Shown here: positions 1 to 12,987 of the stretch, one piece after another
Numbering within the stretch: position 1 is the stretch's first letter
Layout of the letters: every line of letters starts with the position of its first letter
Position numbers and translations under genes: made by a program
The notes under the pieces: generated by a model
The model's input: only the letters and a program-made list of their open reading frames with translations
The model's database searches: none
Told to the model about the DNA's origin: nothing
Assembly (NCBI GenBank): GCA_951406725.2
Contig: OX597829.1
Span: forward strand, 54,746,001 to 54,810,000
Length of the DNA: 64,000 nucleotides
Direction of reading: 5' to 3'
DNA from: Octopus vulgaris
Lineage: Eukaryota

Positions 1-1400
1 GATTGTCTTTTGATAATAGGTCTGCTCAACCAGGAAATGACATGGAGTTAAATTACAATAATCACTGCAACAAAGGTGTTCTCAACAAGCAAACTTTGGC
101 ATGGCTCTTCATCCTACCATCATAACACTTATCTACGGCACTCCGTCAGTTACAATGATGAGGATTCCAGTTAATCCAATCAACAGAACAGCTTACTCAT
201 GAAATTAACGTGAAAGTGGCTGAGAACTCCACAGACATATGTACCCTTAATGTAGTTCTCAGGGAGATTCAGTGTGACAAGGCTGGTCCTTTGAAATACA
301 GGTACAACAGAAACAGGAAGAAAGATGTGGTGAAAGAGTACAGCAGGGTTTGCCACCAGCCACTGCCAGAGCCTCATGGTGCCTTAGGTGTTTTTGCTCA
401 ATAAATATTCACAACGCCCAGTCTGAGAATTGAAACTGTGATCCTACGACCGCGAGTCCGCTACCCTAACCACTGGGCCCATTGTGCTCCACTATAACAC
501 TTAACACAAGAAGGATGCATAAAGTGGTGTAGTCCTTGATACATTATACCTGAAAACAAAACGAGGTGGTCATGACTGAAGTGCTTTTGATCACAGGTTT
601 GCCTGATCAGGGTTGAATTGTGGCTAAACAACAGCTTCTTCAAAGAAGTTTGTTCATTTTATTTTACACGAATCCAAAAATAATAGAAGAAAATCTAATA
701 AATTCAAACTCTTCAATTCATTTGGAACAAAGTTTTGCAATTATTTCTTTATTTTCAAACTTGAAATTAAAAATAAATTTATTTTATAGTTTAACAACAA
801 AATATATCAGCTCTGTTTCGAAAGTATATTCGAATCTCTGTTTTGAAATTAAATATTTGGGGTATATTTACTGTGACTTGGCCACCTCCGCTGACGCACC
901 AATGGGAGGGGTGGTAGTGTTACAGTTCAGGGTTAAAACACCTGATGGTTGTTGGATACCATCTGATGATATCAATTCCTCCTGGTCAAAGCTGCATTCA
1001 TTTTGGTGAGTGGAAAAGAAACAGCTTCATCTAGATGTTATCAACATAACATAGTGTATAAATTATATAAATTACATCTATTTAAAAAAAAAAAATCAAA
1101 CATATAAAAACTCAATAAACTGTAAAAATATGCTCTTTCATAAATTCAATGTTTAAAAACAATTTTATGTCATGTCCACATGTTTTAAGATGTGGTGCGG
1201 AGTTTTGGATTAAAATGCTGGGCTGCAGGGGTGCACGTAGAATGAAATGGTAAATGTGAAATGTAAAAGTTTGTGTTTAGGTTAAGAAAAGGGCTTCTGT
1301 GAGGCAGAGCCATACCAGAAAAGTATTAGCTGCAACAACTTGAAGCCTGAGCCTTCATGAAAATAAAAATACAAAAGCTTTCAATTTATTCAGCACTGGA

Positions 1401-1440
1401 TCAAATCACAGGTTTCAACAAGTTGTTTTGGTCCCATAAA
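1401..1440 (-). CDS. POLD4: POLD4 terminal coding exon 4 of 4
   Basis: Acceptor ttcatttcatttcag. The phase-2 join gives (S)LWDQNNLLKPVI*, matching the p12 C-terminal SLW. Exon sum 103+84+112+40=339 nt = 112 aa + stop. AATAAA follows at 1390-1385. Confidence 0.88.
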
Positions 1441-1537
1441 CTGAAATGAAATGAAACATTGAATATAATATTTTTAGCAAAATATTGATTCCAAATTTCT
1501 GCACAAGACCAGAAGCTTTTTAAAGGAAGTCTTAAAT

Positions 1538-1754
1538 CATGCATGGGCAACCTGCAGCCTGTGGGCTGCATACGGCCCTCAATGAGTTTCTAGGTTACTA
1601 ATTTCATACTAAGACAAAATTAAGAACTGCAAAAAATTCAGTGTAAAGTGGGCAAGTAATATTTCATGCAAATGTGTTTTATCATGCGGCCCTCTCCCAC
1701 TTCGAAATGGTATGGAGGCAGGCCCCCCAGTTGACGAAGAGTTGCCCATCCCTG
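1538..1754. mobile_element. hAT-type MITE nested inside a SINE in POLD4 intron 3
   Basis: TIRs catgcatgggcaac / gttgcccatccctg and an imperfect 8-bp TSD tcttaaat/gtttaaat. It splits a SINE (about 1485-1900). Confidence 0.7.
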
Positions 1755-3197
1755 GTTTAAATTAATTACATCAACCCCAGTGTTCAAATGTTAGTTATTT
1801 TATCAACCCCAAAAAGAACAAAAGGCAAGGTTAACTTCAGTGGAATCTGAACTCAGAATGTAAAGAGCCAGAGGAAATGTCACTTAGGCATTTTGTCCAA
1901 AATTCACAAACAAACCTTTAGCAAATATTGAAATATGTCAAAGATAGAGGAGATATGGTCTTTATATTTATAGTTTTATGTTCAAGTTAATTTTGATAAA
2001 GGCAAAGTTTACACAAAATCTCATCTACAGCCAGTATTGGTTTACAATATTGTACGTAATATGGCACTTAAAAAGCACCATTCAAGCATGGTCATTGTCA
2101 GTGCTGCCTGACTGGCTCCTGTGCCGGTGGCATGTAAAAAGCACCCACTACACTCTTGTACTGGTTGGTGTTAGGAAGGGCATCCAGCTGTAGAAACTTT
2201 GCCAGATCAGATTGGAGCCTGGTGCAGCCTGACTGGCTTGCCAGTCCTCAGTAAAACCATGCCAGCATGGAAAGTGGATGTTAAATGACAATGATGATGA
2301 TGATGTACCAGTCAAAAGCAAAGAGTCAATCTGAATATACATAAATATAAATATTGGGCCTCAGAAAGGCAAAGTGGCTGAGTTCCTTTTGAGTGTTGGG
2401 CCTCATAGAGGTAATGACCAAGATCTTTGGCATTATGTTGTGCTTGAAAAGAAGACCCATCAAGCCAAGCAAAATCACAGTCATGGCATATACCGGTGTC
2501 ACACAAATGGCACATGCTGGTGACATGTAAAAGCACCCATTGCTCTCTCGGAGTGGTTGGCATTGAGAAGGGCATCCATCTGTAGAAAACCATGCTAAAT
2601 CAGACTGGAGCTTGGCACAGCCTTCCAGCATACCAGGCCAGTCAAACCATCCAACCCATGCCAGCAGGGACAACAGATGTTAAATGATGATGATGACGAA
2701 GTAATGAAACAAATAATAACCATGACGATTTTTAACTTTGACGCAAATCAATAACACTAGAATTTGCAGGTAAGAACTGGTGTCCTGCATCAGGAAGACA
2801 GGAAGGACATAAGAATCCGAACGACACAATAAATTCTATGCCTTGTGCAAATTTGAAATGTAATCAGTCAAATGAACCTTGATGTTTATAATTAATATTA
2901 ATTTTTTCAAAACAGCAAAGTACATCTTGGCAGATATGGAATTAAACTTATAAGAGAAAGTAATGTAATATTCCCTTTTACTATATACTTATAGCAAGAA
3001 ATTTTGCGGGGAGAAGGCAAGTTGATTTTATTGACCCCAATGCATAACTGGTACTTATTTTCTTAACTCCAAAAAGATGAAAGACAATGTCAACCTTAGT
3101 GGAATTTGAACTCAGAACATAACGACAGACGAAATGCCACTAAGCAATTTGCTTAGTACTAACATTTCTGCCAGCTTGCCACCTCAATGATGATGAT

Positions 3198-3238
<41 letters not shown>

Positions 3239-3259
3239 CAACAATGATAATGTATATAC

Positions 3260-3371
3260 CTTGTATTGAAGCTGGTGTCAGTGCCATGTTTCAAAATAAT
3301 ATTTTTCACATCCAGTGGAGGATCAAGGGAGAATTTAGAAGCTCTTTCCCATCGTTCCAAACGGGTAATAC
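3260..3371 (-). CDS. POLD4: POLD4 coding exon 3 of 4
   Basis: Acceptor tttttttaatttatgccag, donor AG|GTATAT, 112 nt. Reads (G)ITRLERWERASKFSLDPPLDVKNIILKHGTDTSFNT, matching the p12 signature GITRLQRWCRAKQMGLEPP. Confidence 0.95.
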
Positions 3372-3657
3372 CTGGCATAAATTAAAAAAATTATCAAGTA
3401 ATACTGATAGAAAGAAGGGAGAGAGAGAGAGTCTGAAAGGGAGAAAGAGAGAGAGAGGGAGAGATTTCAGTGAAATTAAAGTTGTTATGGAATAAAAAGC
3501 TCTTAATCCTCCAAACAGCTAAAAGGTAATCTGTTTATGTTAATGGTGCTCCTAACAATATATGGCCAGGTGGTTAGGGTGTTGCACTCACAATCATGAG
3601 ATCATGATTTCAATTATTCACACAATTATTCAAACAATTATTCACACACACATATTT

Positions 3658-3993
3658 GTGAAGGTGCATGGCTTAGTGGTTAGGGTATTCGGCTCATGCT
3701 CATAAGGTTGTGAATTCAATTCCTGGCAGCACATTGTATCCTTGAGCAAAACACTTTATTTCAGTTTGTGGGTCCACTCAGCTGGCAAAAGTGAGTCGTA
3801 CCTGTAATTGAAAAAGGGGCAATCTTGTTGCATTCTGTCCCATGCTGAATCTCCCACGGACTTTCTTCACAGACATGCGTACTCACATATGTCTGTGGAG
3901 TACTCAGCCACTTGCATGTTAATTTCATGAGCAGGCTGTTCCATTTGTAGGATCAACTGGGACACATTTGTCACCGTAACCGACAGAGAGCCA
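3658..3993 (+). mobile_element. tRNA-derived SINE family C
   Basis: A box tggcttagtggttagg, B box aattcaattcc, core tccttgagcaaaacacttt, tail ggagtactcagccacttgcatgttaatttcatgagc. Related copies at about 137-490-, 20228-20558-, 27890-28035-, 43808-44125+, 62655-63012+. Confidence 0.8.
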
Positions 3994-5669
3994 GTTAAAC
4001 ATTGTGTGTGAGTGTGTGTGGATGGATGGACGGATGTATATGGCTTTTGTTTGGAAGGAAGAGACAATAGCCGTGATCTTCTGGCAGGCTGTCACTGCTG
4101 GAAAAGACTGATATATTCAATGTTCAGTTTGAACAGCTGCAAGTCACTGCCTGTGGGTACATCAGGTGTATGATGGTAAAAATCAGAATGAGAAAGAAAC
4201 AAAGTGGCCAGAAAAATTCGACGGTGGAACTGGACAGAATAAGTAACAAGAGGAAAGAAAGGTATGATAGATGATCTAGGGTTGAGTAGTAACCATTGTA
4301 GTCTGTAGAAGATGGAAAGTGAAGGAGACATCACATCATGTTGGCCAGAGATTGGAGTGTGAGAGCAAGTCCTTGTCAATTATTTGGAGGGATTTGTTCT
4401 TGGACCAGTCTAAAATATTCTCATATTTTGCAGCAACACCAATGTTCTGGTTCGTAAAATTTTTGTTTTCTGTTAAATTTTATTCTCTAATGAATTGTAT
4501 TTTAATGCATACTACAATGTATTCACTAACCATTTTCTCTTACTTTGACATCTTGTGTTTTCTTAATAATATATCTGAATTATAGAAAGCTAAATTTAAA
4601 AATGTCTACAGAATTGGCCAAAGTAATATTTAGTTTACAAAGATAGATATTGATTTGAAGCAACTCAGCAAAAAGTAATGTTATGTTGTATATTCATGTC
4701 TATGAATATCTAAATAAATATCTATCTTCTCACCACAGCTTTGGTGGAGAAACTTCGAAATTATTGTCAATTTAAATATATATGTACACACACCTGTGCA
4801 CATGGACATGCACATACACACACACATGTATATAAACATACTGGATTTTTTTACCTAAGTTTTACACTTTAATATATCAATAAAAATATCTATATCAACA
4901 TATATATATATGTTGTGGTGCACCTGAGCACTGTATACAATAATTTCATTATTATTATATATATACACACACACACATACTCACTTTTAGCCAGGGAGAG
5001 AAACAGACAGACAAAAACTCTAAAAAATAATTGGTCAGCATTTTATTATATTTTCTAAATTTTCAAAAATCACTTAAAGATGTTATCTAGTAAAATGGTA
5101 CAACAAAAATAATGGATGCAAAAATATTGATTTATTATATAAAGTTAAAAATTGTAAAGGAAGGGAAATGTGATTATAGAATATGTTTTTCTTGAAGGAA
5201 TCAACAACAGAAAGGTACTGAAAATCAATATTGAGTTACGGATTGAGCTTCTTCCTTCTAAAGAACTTACCATATGAAAATATTAATAAAATGCATTATT
5301 AAACTTGAAACAATATGATGGAAACAAAATTATACTAGAATCATTTTTTTTTCTTTCGTTTAACCTTTTAGCATTTAAACTGGCCATATCCGGCCCAAAT
5401 ATTTTATCAGTTTTGCATTCAAACTGACCAGATATATCCTCTCAAACCTACCCTACAATGTCATTCTAAAAATAAACAATCACATCATCAAAATCTTGAA
5501 GCTATGAGAAATTGCATGATTATTTCAAAACAATGTGGATAAGCAGACATTTCATGTGATCAAGTAATCTGAATGCTGAAGGATTAGACTGATCCGGTCC
5601 AAATATTCTACCTGTTTCAATGCATTTGACAGAATAATGTGAATTCTAAAGGGTTAATTAATCACATAC

Positions 5670-5753
5670 CACACATGGGACCATATTTCCAGTTTACATC
5701 AAATTCAGTCAAAATTTTTAATTCATCAACTTTGGAACTGGAAGGTTGAACAT
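5670..5753 (-). CDS. POLD4: POLD4 coding exon 2 of 4
   Basis: Acceptor ttttttctaattccag, donor G|GTATGT, 84 nt, phase 1-1. Reads (D)VQPSSSKVDELKILTEFDVNWKYGPMC, matching p12 LELLRQFDLAWQYGPC. Confidence 0.93.
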
Positions 5754-5860
5754 CTGGAATTAGAAAAAAATTTGAAATTAAAAAAGAAAAACAGTTATAA
5801 TCTTTTTGTCAGTGTACTTCTGTTGACATATACTAGTTTTGTTTCGGTTAATTTTGAAGA

Positions 5861-6799
5861 TATGAAGTGGTATCAAAAGGTTCTGTAGGACTAGTTCTGA
5901 AGGACTAGTTCTGTAGCATGCCAACAGATGTCAGCACATGGTTGCATGCACAATGAAAGCTAGCAGTGACCATCATGAGGCAGTGGGCCAAGTGACACCA
6001 CAGTGTTTATTTCACAAGTGAAATTTGTATTTTCATAATCACGTGTATTCTGGAGTCTGTGATTTTTGTCATAGACAGGAACAAAGAGCCAATGTGAAAT
6101 TATGTGTTAAACTTGGGAACTCTGCTACAGAGACACTGAGCATGCTTTGGCAAGATTAGGGTGATGAGGCAATAGGTCGTATGCAATGTTTTGAATGGTA
6201 CAGGCACTTCAAAAGTGGAAGAGCGTCCCTGGAAGACAATGATGGATCTGGAAGACCTGCCATGAGAATCACCTCTGGAAATGTGTTTTTGTGCATCAAG
6301 ACTCCCCACCCACTGAATCAGACCGTTAATCAAGAGTTATACTGCAACATTTTGAAGCATTTGAGGAAGGATATTTGGTGAAGGTGACCAGATCTGTGGA
6401 GCACAAAGAATTAAATTCTTCACAATGATAACGAACCTGATCACCAAACTCTCCTCATTTGTGAGTTTCTCAATAAATACAACATGGCATCACTTCCTCA
6501 CCTGCCCTATTCACCAGATTTAGCACCTGCAGACTTCTATCACTTCCCCAAGATGAAAATACAACTCAAAGGTTGCCATTCTAACACCATTGTCAAGATC
6601 AAGAGTTAATCACAGAAGGTCCTCAACTTGCTTATGAAAAACGACTTCCAGGCCAGATTCCAAAAGTGGCAGGAACATTGGAACTGGTGTTTTGCTGTGC
6701 AAGGTGACTATTTTGAAAGAGATGGCATGAAAACTTAAGTAAATAAGTTGTTTTTTATTAAATAGAACTACTTCTGGGACTTTTTGATACCGACTTGTA
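5861..6799 (+). mobile_element. Decayed, internally deleted mariner transposon in POLD4 intron 1
   Basis: Imperfect TIRs (tatgaagtggtatcaaaagg / ctttttgataccgacttgta). Transposase remnants CFEWYRHFKSGRASLED..GSGRP, LHNDN and PYSPDLAPADF, with stops. Confidence 0.88.
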
Positions 6800-6859
6800 A
6801 TGTTTAATGGAGAATTTAGTAAAGTAACTGTCATTATTAAGCTAATGTTTGTAATTTTG

Positions 6860-7535
6860 ATAGAGTAGTTTGCTGCAACAAACACCTTATTTCAAGTACA
6901 CACGTCTGCAATACAGCCATCCCTAGAACACTGTCCATTCCAACCTAACAAATGTTTATAGCTACAGCATCAACTGCCTTGCAAGCTACAAATGTTGCAT
7001 TGGATTGTACTCATTTGAAACAAAGAGTACCAAGATATAAATGTTGTACTCTGAGTACACCTTTTTTTTGTATTTCTGTTGTGCCTGCCACAACATGATG
7101 ATATAAATACCATTGGCTGCAAATGTTGCACTGAGATGAATAGCATCTAAAACGAGGATTACCCATGAAATTATTAACCATCATGCCAACAACCACCTTG
7201 GGCACCTTTTTGAATTCCATGTGTCTAACACACATGGGCATGCCTACAAAGTCAGATAACAGCACAGCTCCCATGACTTTCAGAAACATTTGGAACAAAC
7301 TACTTGCATCAGTTGTTAGTTGCCAAGACATTGCATCCTTTAAAACCTCCATGCTCCCTGAAATTCACCAACACAACACCTGACATCCCCTTCTCCTTCC
7401 ATACACATGCACACTCATACACTGTTCACTTTCCTGACTTTTCTACATAATTCTATGTTCTGTACATACACCTTTGATGAGGTGCAATGCACCTGAGCAA
7501 TATACACAATAATTTCACTATCATTATTATTATTA
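6860..7535 (+). mobile_element. CR1-like LINE 3' end
   Basis: Remnant SNTHGHAYKV...WNKL...VVS. The tail ...gcacctgagcaatatacacaataatttc ends in (ATT)n. Other tail copies lie at about 4910-4957 and 9610-9680. Confidence 0.6.
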
Positions 7536-8544
7536 ATAAGGAGACAATTATTGTACCCTGAGTTCAGCTTTCTCCTCTCTTATTGTGGCCACCACAAAAA
7601 ACGAAAAAGCAAAATGCTCAAACCACTTTGTGCCACTTTACACAATAAACTGCTGTTGAAATACATAGTCTAGACATCAACTACACAGAGGCACAGAATA
7701 CCCTACCCAGGTATTTTATCAGCCACCAATGTACTAGAAGTTTGCTGAAGCTGGATTGAATCAGGGGTACTTAGCAATAACAAAAAGATCCTTTTGTACA
7801 GTTATGGATTTCCAATTTTTAACAAGGAAATATTTTAAAGTTAAAAATATCAGAAACCAAAAAACAACAACAATAATGTAATGTCAGTGATAGGAAATGT
7901 GATAATGGTGATGATGGTAATGCCATTAGTGTTAAAGTCATAATTGAATATATGGTCCACCTTTTATGGAAGGTGTATGAAAATGATCAGGATTTACTTT
8001 CTTTATTCCAAAAGTTTAAATTTAGCAATTCTTTCAAACTAAAGAGAAAAACATCTTTATTATCTTGTTAAAATTTTGACATTTTTAGCAGATGAGAATA
8101 GCATATGTGTCCATTTCTAGAGAACATTTATGATATAGGAGAAGTGGATTGAAAAGAACATAGTCTTCCAAAATCTGCACAAAGTCAAACTAACAACAAT
8201 AACATTACCTATGTTCCACTTGAAATAACTATTTGCTCTAATAAATTCAGGAATCAAAAGTTTTGATTAGTTAGTGATTCCTGTAGTTAGGGTGAAGTTT
8301 TTGAGGCAGACTACAAACAATCACAAATTATGAAGTTGTCTCTCGTTACTTTTTCAAACAGAATGAGTCAGATATATATACAGTACCCCACTGCTCTATC
8401 AAAAAAAAAAAAATAAATAAAATAATCATAAATTTTCCAAACTGTTCTTTCATAAAAAGATGCTCCCCATCATTTCGAAAGCTGTTAAAACAACTGGAAA
8501 AATCCCCGTCAAAACGAAGAGATTCCAACTTATGTGGTCTTCTT

Positions 8545-8895
8545 GATCCGAAACTCCTCCCACCCACTCGGAAAAGCTTTTCCCCCATAAACTTCATTAT
8601 AATTGTAATATATACCGTTTAAAAAGTATTTGTATAAACTTTCATTAAAAGATACCCATTTTCCAGAAAGTTATGAGAGAAAAAAACCGGATTGTGTGAA
8701 TTTTCCCAAAATCTTCTCCCCACCCCTTCGGAAAAACTTTTCCCCTCAAATTTCTTTATAATCGTATACCATTTGAAATATTTGAAAGTTAATATAAAAT
8801 TTCATTAAAAGATATCCATTTTCCTGAAAGTTATGAGGAAAAAATTCGGATCGTGTGAATTTTCCGAAAGTCCTCTCCCCTCACCCCCACCCCAG
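8545..8895. repeat. Diverged ~160-bp tandem repeat (about 2.2 units) inside a larger interspersed repeat
   Basis: ttcattaaaagata recurs at 8641 and 8801 with colinear flanks. An inverted related fragment lies at about 61100-61143. Confidence 0.75.
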
Positions 8896-9640
8896 ATTCG
8901 TTTACTGCACATTTTTTTTACACCTATTACAGTTTTTTTTTCTTTTTTGGTGGCCGGGTGTTAAACTGGATATTAACTGATTTTCCTAAACGTACAAGGA
9001 AAACACTTCCCTCATACAGATAAGTTCAGTGAACTATTTAATAGACACAGCCTGAGTTTCCTTTAGATTTTAGTAGGTAGGGCTACATTGAGACAGAGAC
9101 AGTCTGCTCTTGTGGAGATAACATAACATGTCCACTGAACGGCCACTGTAATACGGAAACCGTCGTATACGAGGCAGAGGTAACGGACTGTCTCTCAAAT
9201 CACGTCTTAAAACGGAAAACCATATTGGACAGTATAGATAGATTTAAAACATATTTTAGACGAGAATGTCACATATGGAACTACTTTTGTTATATCAGTT
9301 GATCAACACAGGAGAAGGAACAACGGAGAAGTCTCTGTGATCTCTCGATCTGTTAGAAATAACAGTCAACTTCCTTTCAAATTACACCCTAATCCTCCCT
9401 TCTTAGCAAAGAATACAATGGATAGCGCATGCATAGGGGGAGAGTAGAAAGCCAGATGGTGCACACAACATCAATAACAGTTACTTCTAAGCTTCTATGT
9501 CGATAATGACAACATCTTGATAATATTGGGTTGAAATTAATGGCACAAAACTAGAGAGTTGGTCGACTGGTTACATCGACCCCAGTACATGACTAATACT
9601 TTACTTTACGTTGTAGTGCACCTGAGTACTGTACACAATG

Positions 9641-9678
<38 letters not shown>

Positions 9679-10519
9679 TATCGACCCAGAAAGGATGAAA
9701 AGCAAAAATCGACCTCGACTAGATTTGAACTCAGAACCTAAACAATCGGAAGAATTGCTGACAAGTATTTTGTCTAAAGATTCTGCCAGCTTGCCGCCTT
9801 CAACATCCTAATTAATAAAATATCTCATTAATTAAAAATTTTTGGATTTAGATGAAAACAAAAAGTTTGAAGCTTTATATATTCTTTCTATCGCAACTTT
9901 CCTCCAAGATCCTTCCTTACCAAATGAAATTTAAATTCTATAATTAGTTTCACTATGAGGTAATGTTGCAATAGCAATGTTACGAGTTGATTAAATATAA
10001 GTACAGATTTCCGCCTATCACTTTTCAATTTATAATCGAGTTACACAACAACTCTACTTCAAATTTAATTAATTTCAGTAAAATAGTTTTTCCCATTTCA
10101 ATTTTGCTGCTTTTCAATTTTGTTTGCTCAGAATTATATTTGTACACTCTCATCGTCGAATTAGCTTTTCTTTCAAAACTTTTAACAAGTCTGAGCACGA
10201 TTTATCGATGTTCCAATTCTTACTTTCACTATCCAGTCCAAAAGTATACTTCTAGAAACAAATTAAAGGCTATTAAATAATTAGTTTTGGTCTAAATAAT
10301 TTGTTGTTGTTTGGCCTCGTATGTATACCTTAATCAAGCACTTCCAGACGTGACCCTCCAATCCTATTTTCAGAGAATATATCTAAAACAATATATTACC
10401 TTCCTTTTTTAAATGGTCAGATGTGATTCGGGGGGAGAATTTGGTTGCTATTTCTAGCAGTCCGAAGGTTCACGTAAACACTTCCTAAACAATTTCTCTT
10501 GGAATCGGGTCAAAGCCAA

Positions 10520-10968
10520 TTGAGTCATCGCTATAATTAATTACGTCGAGTGATTTCTATATAAATGACTAAGAAGTGGAAAAAAGAACAATCGTATATC
10601 ATTACTAACCGTGCGAACTGCTTTTCTCCTTTTTCGCGTTAGATTTCTTCTTAAAAAGCGGTTTTCTCTGCTTAAATTCGTCGGTGATTCGTCTTTGTTT
10701 TCGATTGACCATTTTTGAAGTGATTTACGCAAAACGAAATTGTTTTTTCCTCAAAGAACGACAACTGCAGCGAACTTGGCAATGTGGCAACAACCAATGG
10801 GGATTGTCTGTGCGCAGTCGTTTGACCTGCTGAAAGTAGCAGTCAAATTCTCGCAATCCATACAATTATCTTTTTAAAAAAAAGCCTTAAATCAGGTTCT
10901 TATTTTGTGTTCGGCCGGAAGAAGGCGACGTGGACAAACCTTCAATGCTTTCACAAGCCCGACGAAAC

Positions 10969-10970
<2 letters not shown>
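10520..10970. promoter_or_regulatory. CpG-retaining promoter/5' region of POLD4
   Basis: CG dinucleotides are visibly frequent against a CpG-depleted background. The region surrounds the POLD4 ATG and includes an ETS-like CCGGAAG near 10915. Confidence 0.55.
10610..10712 (-). CDS. POLD4: DNA polymerase delta subunit 4 (p12), coding exon 1 of 4
   Basis: The ATG at 10712 (context aaaaATGG) reads MVNRKQRRITDEFKQRKPLFKKKSNAKKEKSSSH and ends at a G|GTTAGT donor (phase 1). KQRRITDEF parallels the p12 PIP motif (human KRLITDSY). The exon lies in a locally CpG-rich stretch. Confidence 0.9.
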
Positions 10971-11013
<43 letters not shown>

Positions 11014-11020
11014 TAGTAAT

Positions 11021-11053
<33 letters not shown>

Positions 11054-11299
11054 TAGTAATTAGTAGTAGTAGTAGTAGTAATTAGTTGCTGTAGTAGTAG
11101 TAGTAGTAGTAATTAGTTGTAGTAGTAGTAGTAGTAATTAGTAGTAGTAGTAGTAGTAATTTGTAGTAGTAGTAGTAATTAGTTGTAGTAGTAGTAGTGA
11201 TTAGTTGTAGTAGTAGTAGTAGTAGTAGTAATTAGTTGTAGTAGTAGTAGTAATTAGTAGTAGTAATTAGTAGTAGTAATTAGTAGTAGTAGTAGTAGT
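10971..11299. repeat. (AGT)n microsatellite with AATT interruptions
   Basis: Directly visible; it lies immediately upstream of the POLD4 5' region. Confidence 0.97.
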
Positions 11300-12987
11300 T
11301 TTAGCCTATTTGTGGGTGCAGTCTCCATTGTACATCTCACTTAAACTTTGGTTTGTTGAGTGGGTTGAGAAAATACTTCCGTAAAATATTTCCCAATTTT
11401 GTAAACTTTTTTTTTTCTGGATGATGGAGATAAGATTGATATGAACACATACGAAGATAAAATCACTGGGTTTTTGTTTGTTTTTTTTCGACAGTAAGCA
11501 ACATGGGAGGATGTTTTGGAAGCTCCTGTTCATGGAATCCCTGCAAGTTTCGTGTTAGGTGTCTATACAGCATGTGATTGACTCTTAAGGGTCAGGAAAA
11601 AATGAAGGGTTTCATAATTTGTGCCTGTGTTGGAAGTGATAAGGAGTAGGTCAGTCATATAAAAGAGAAAGTCTGTGGGGAACATCAGAATTGATAGCAT
11701 ATGGTCAGACTGATCTCCATTTGCACGTATCACAATAGCACAATTTGGCAAGAGGCAATTGATCCAAGAAATAGAAGATTGATGAAGGCAGTTTTGGGGA
11801 ACAGTTTTGAGAGGAGATTTTAATACAAACCGGAGGGTCGCGCCTGGTTCCAGTCTGATTTGCCTTGGTTTCTGCAGCTGGATGCTCTTCCTGACACCAA
11901 CCATCTTACAGAGTGTACTGAGTACTTTTATGTGGAAACACACAGGCACTTATTCATGACACTGCAAAGACATTTTTACTTGGTGCTGCATGGGCAATTT
12001 TACATGCCACCACCAAGAGTGCATTTTACATGGCACCAGCCCAGGACTCTTACAGGCCACACCTCAGCACTGGTGGTGGGGGCAGTCTTAATGCTTCTAA
12101 ATGTAATTTTAATTTATTGATAATGTTTATGGTTTACTACATAAAGTATTTTAGTACACACTTAATCATATGTCCTTTATACAGAAGGCCTCTCTAAGAA
12201 ACTTTCCCATGGCACAAACACATATATAGCTTTACTGGACACAACAAGTAGTCTTTGGAAAAATTGAGTAATTGGTAAGGTGGATACTTGGAATTTGATA
12301 GATATGAAATTCAAGTCTGATTCCCTGCCAAAAGCAATTCTACCAATTGTTTATGGAGGCATCATTATCTGTCATCTGTGATTACCTCCAGAAGCAACGC
12401 TCCACAGGTGAGTGTAACAACATTTAATGAAAAAAAAAGGCATTGGGGGAACAATGCATACCCTGTTCGCAGTTAAATTATAGTGTGGCTTATAATGCGT
12501 TGCCTACTTATACTTTTTAATTGAACTGAATTATTAATTTTGTTTTTTAAGTATCGCCATTTATTTATAGGTATTTATTTATCTATCTATTTATAGGTAT
12601 TTATACTCCAGTGAAGTTAAGAAATCAATTCGTAAATAAACAAAATCCTTAAATCCCTCACTGTACACACACACACACGCACATGCATACACACACACAC
12701 ACACACACACGTATGCATATACACACACATACAGTGTCACATATCTATGCATTTATTGTTGTATGTATGTATGTATGTACCCACACTTATCTACGTGCAT
12801 AGGTACACTATGATCTATATACATGAAGACGAGGGTCAATTCCTATGAAAAAGTGAGCAAAAGGAAATACTTATAGAAAATATTGCATAGAATCCATCAC
12901 TATACACACATATGCATGTACACACACACACTCATAGTCACATATCTATGTATGTATTTTGTATGTTTGAAGATAATCAAACCAAAT

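Noticed and set aside
620-1009. 129-aa plus-strand ORF
   Set aside because: Non-ATG start, AT-rich low-information translation, antisense to the POLD4 3' region, no recognisable family.
960-1030. Other CTGATGA occurrences (963; also about 16007, 22538, 34190, 52748)
   Set aside because: No compatible stem I/II or correctly placed GAAA-NUH; not hammerheads, and no convincing C/D snoRNA terminal stems.
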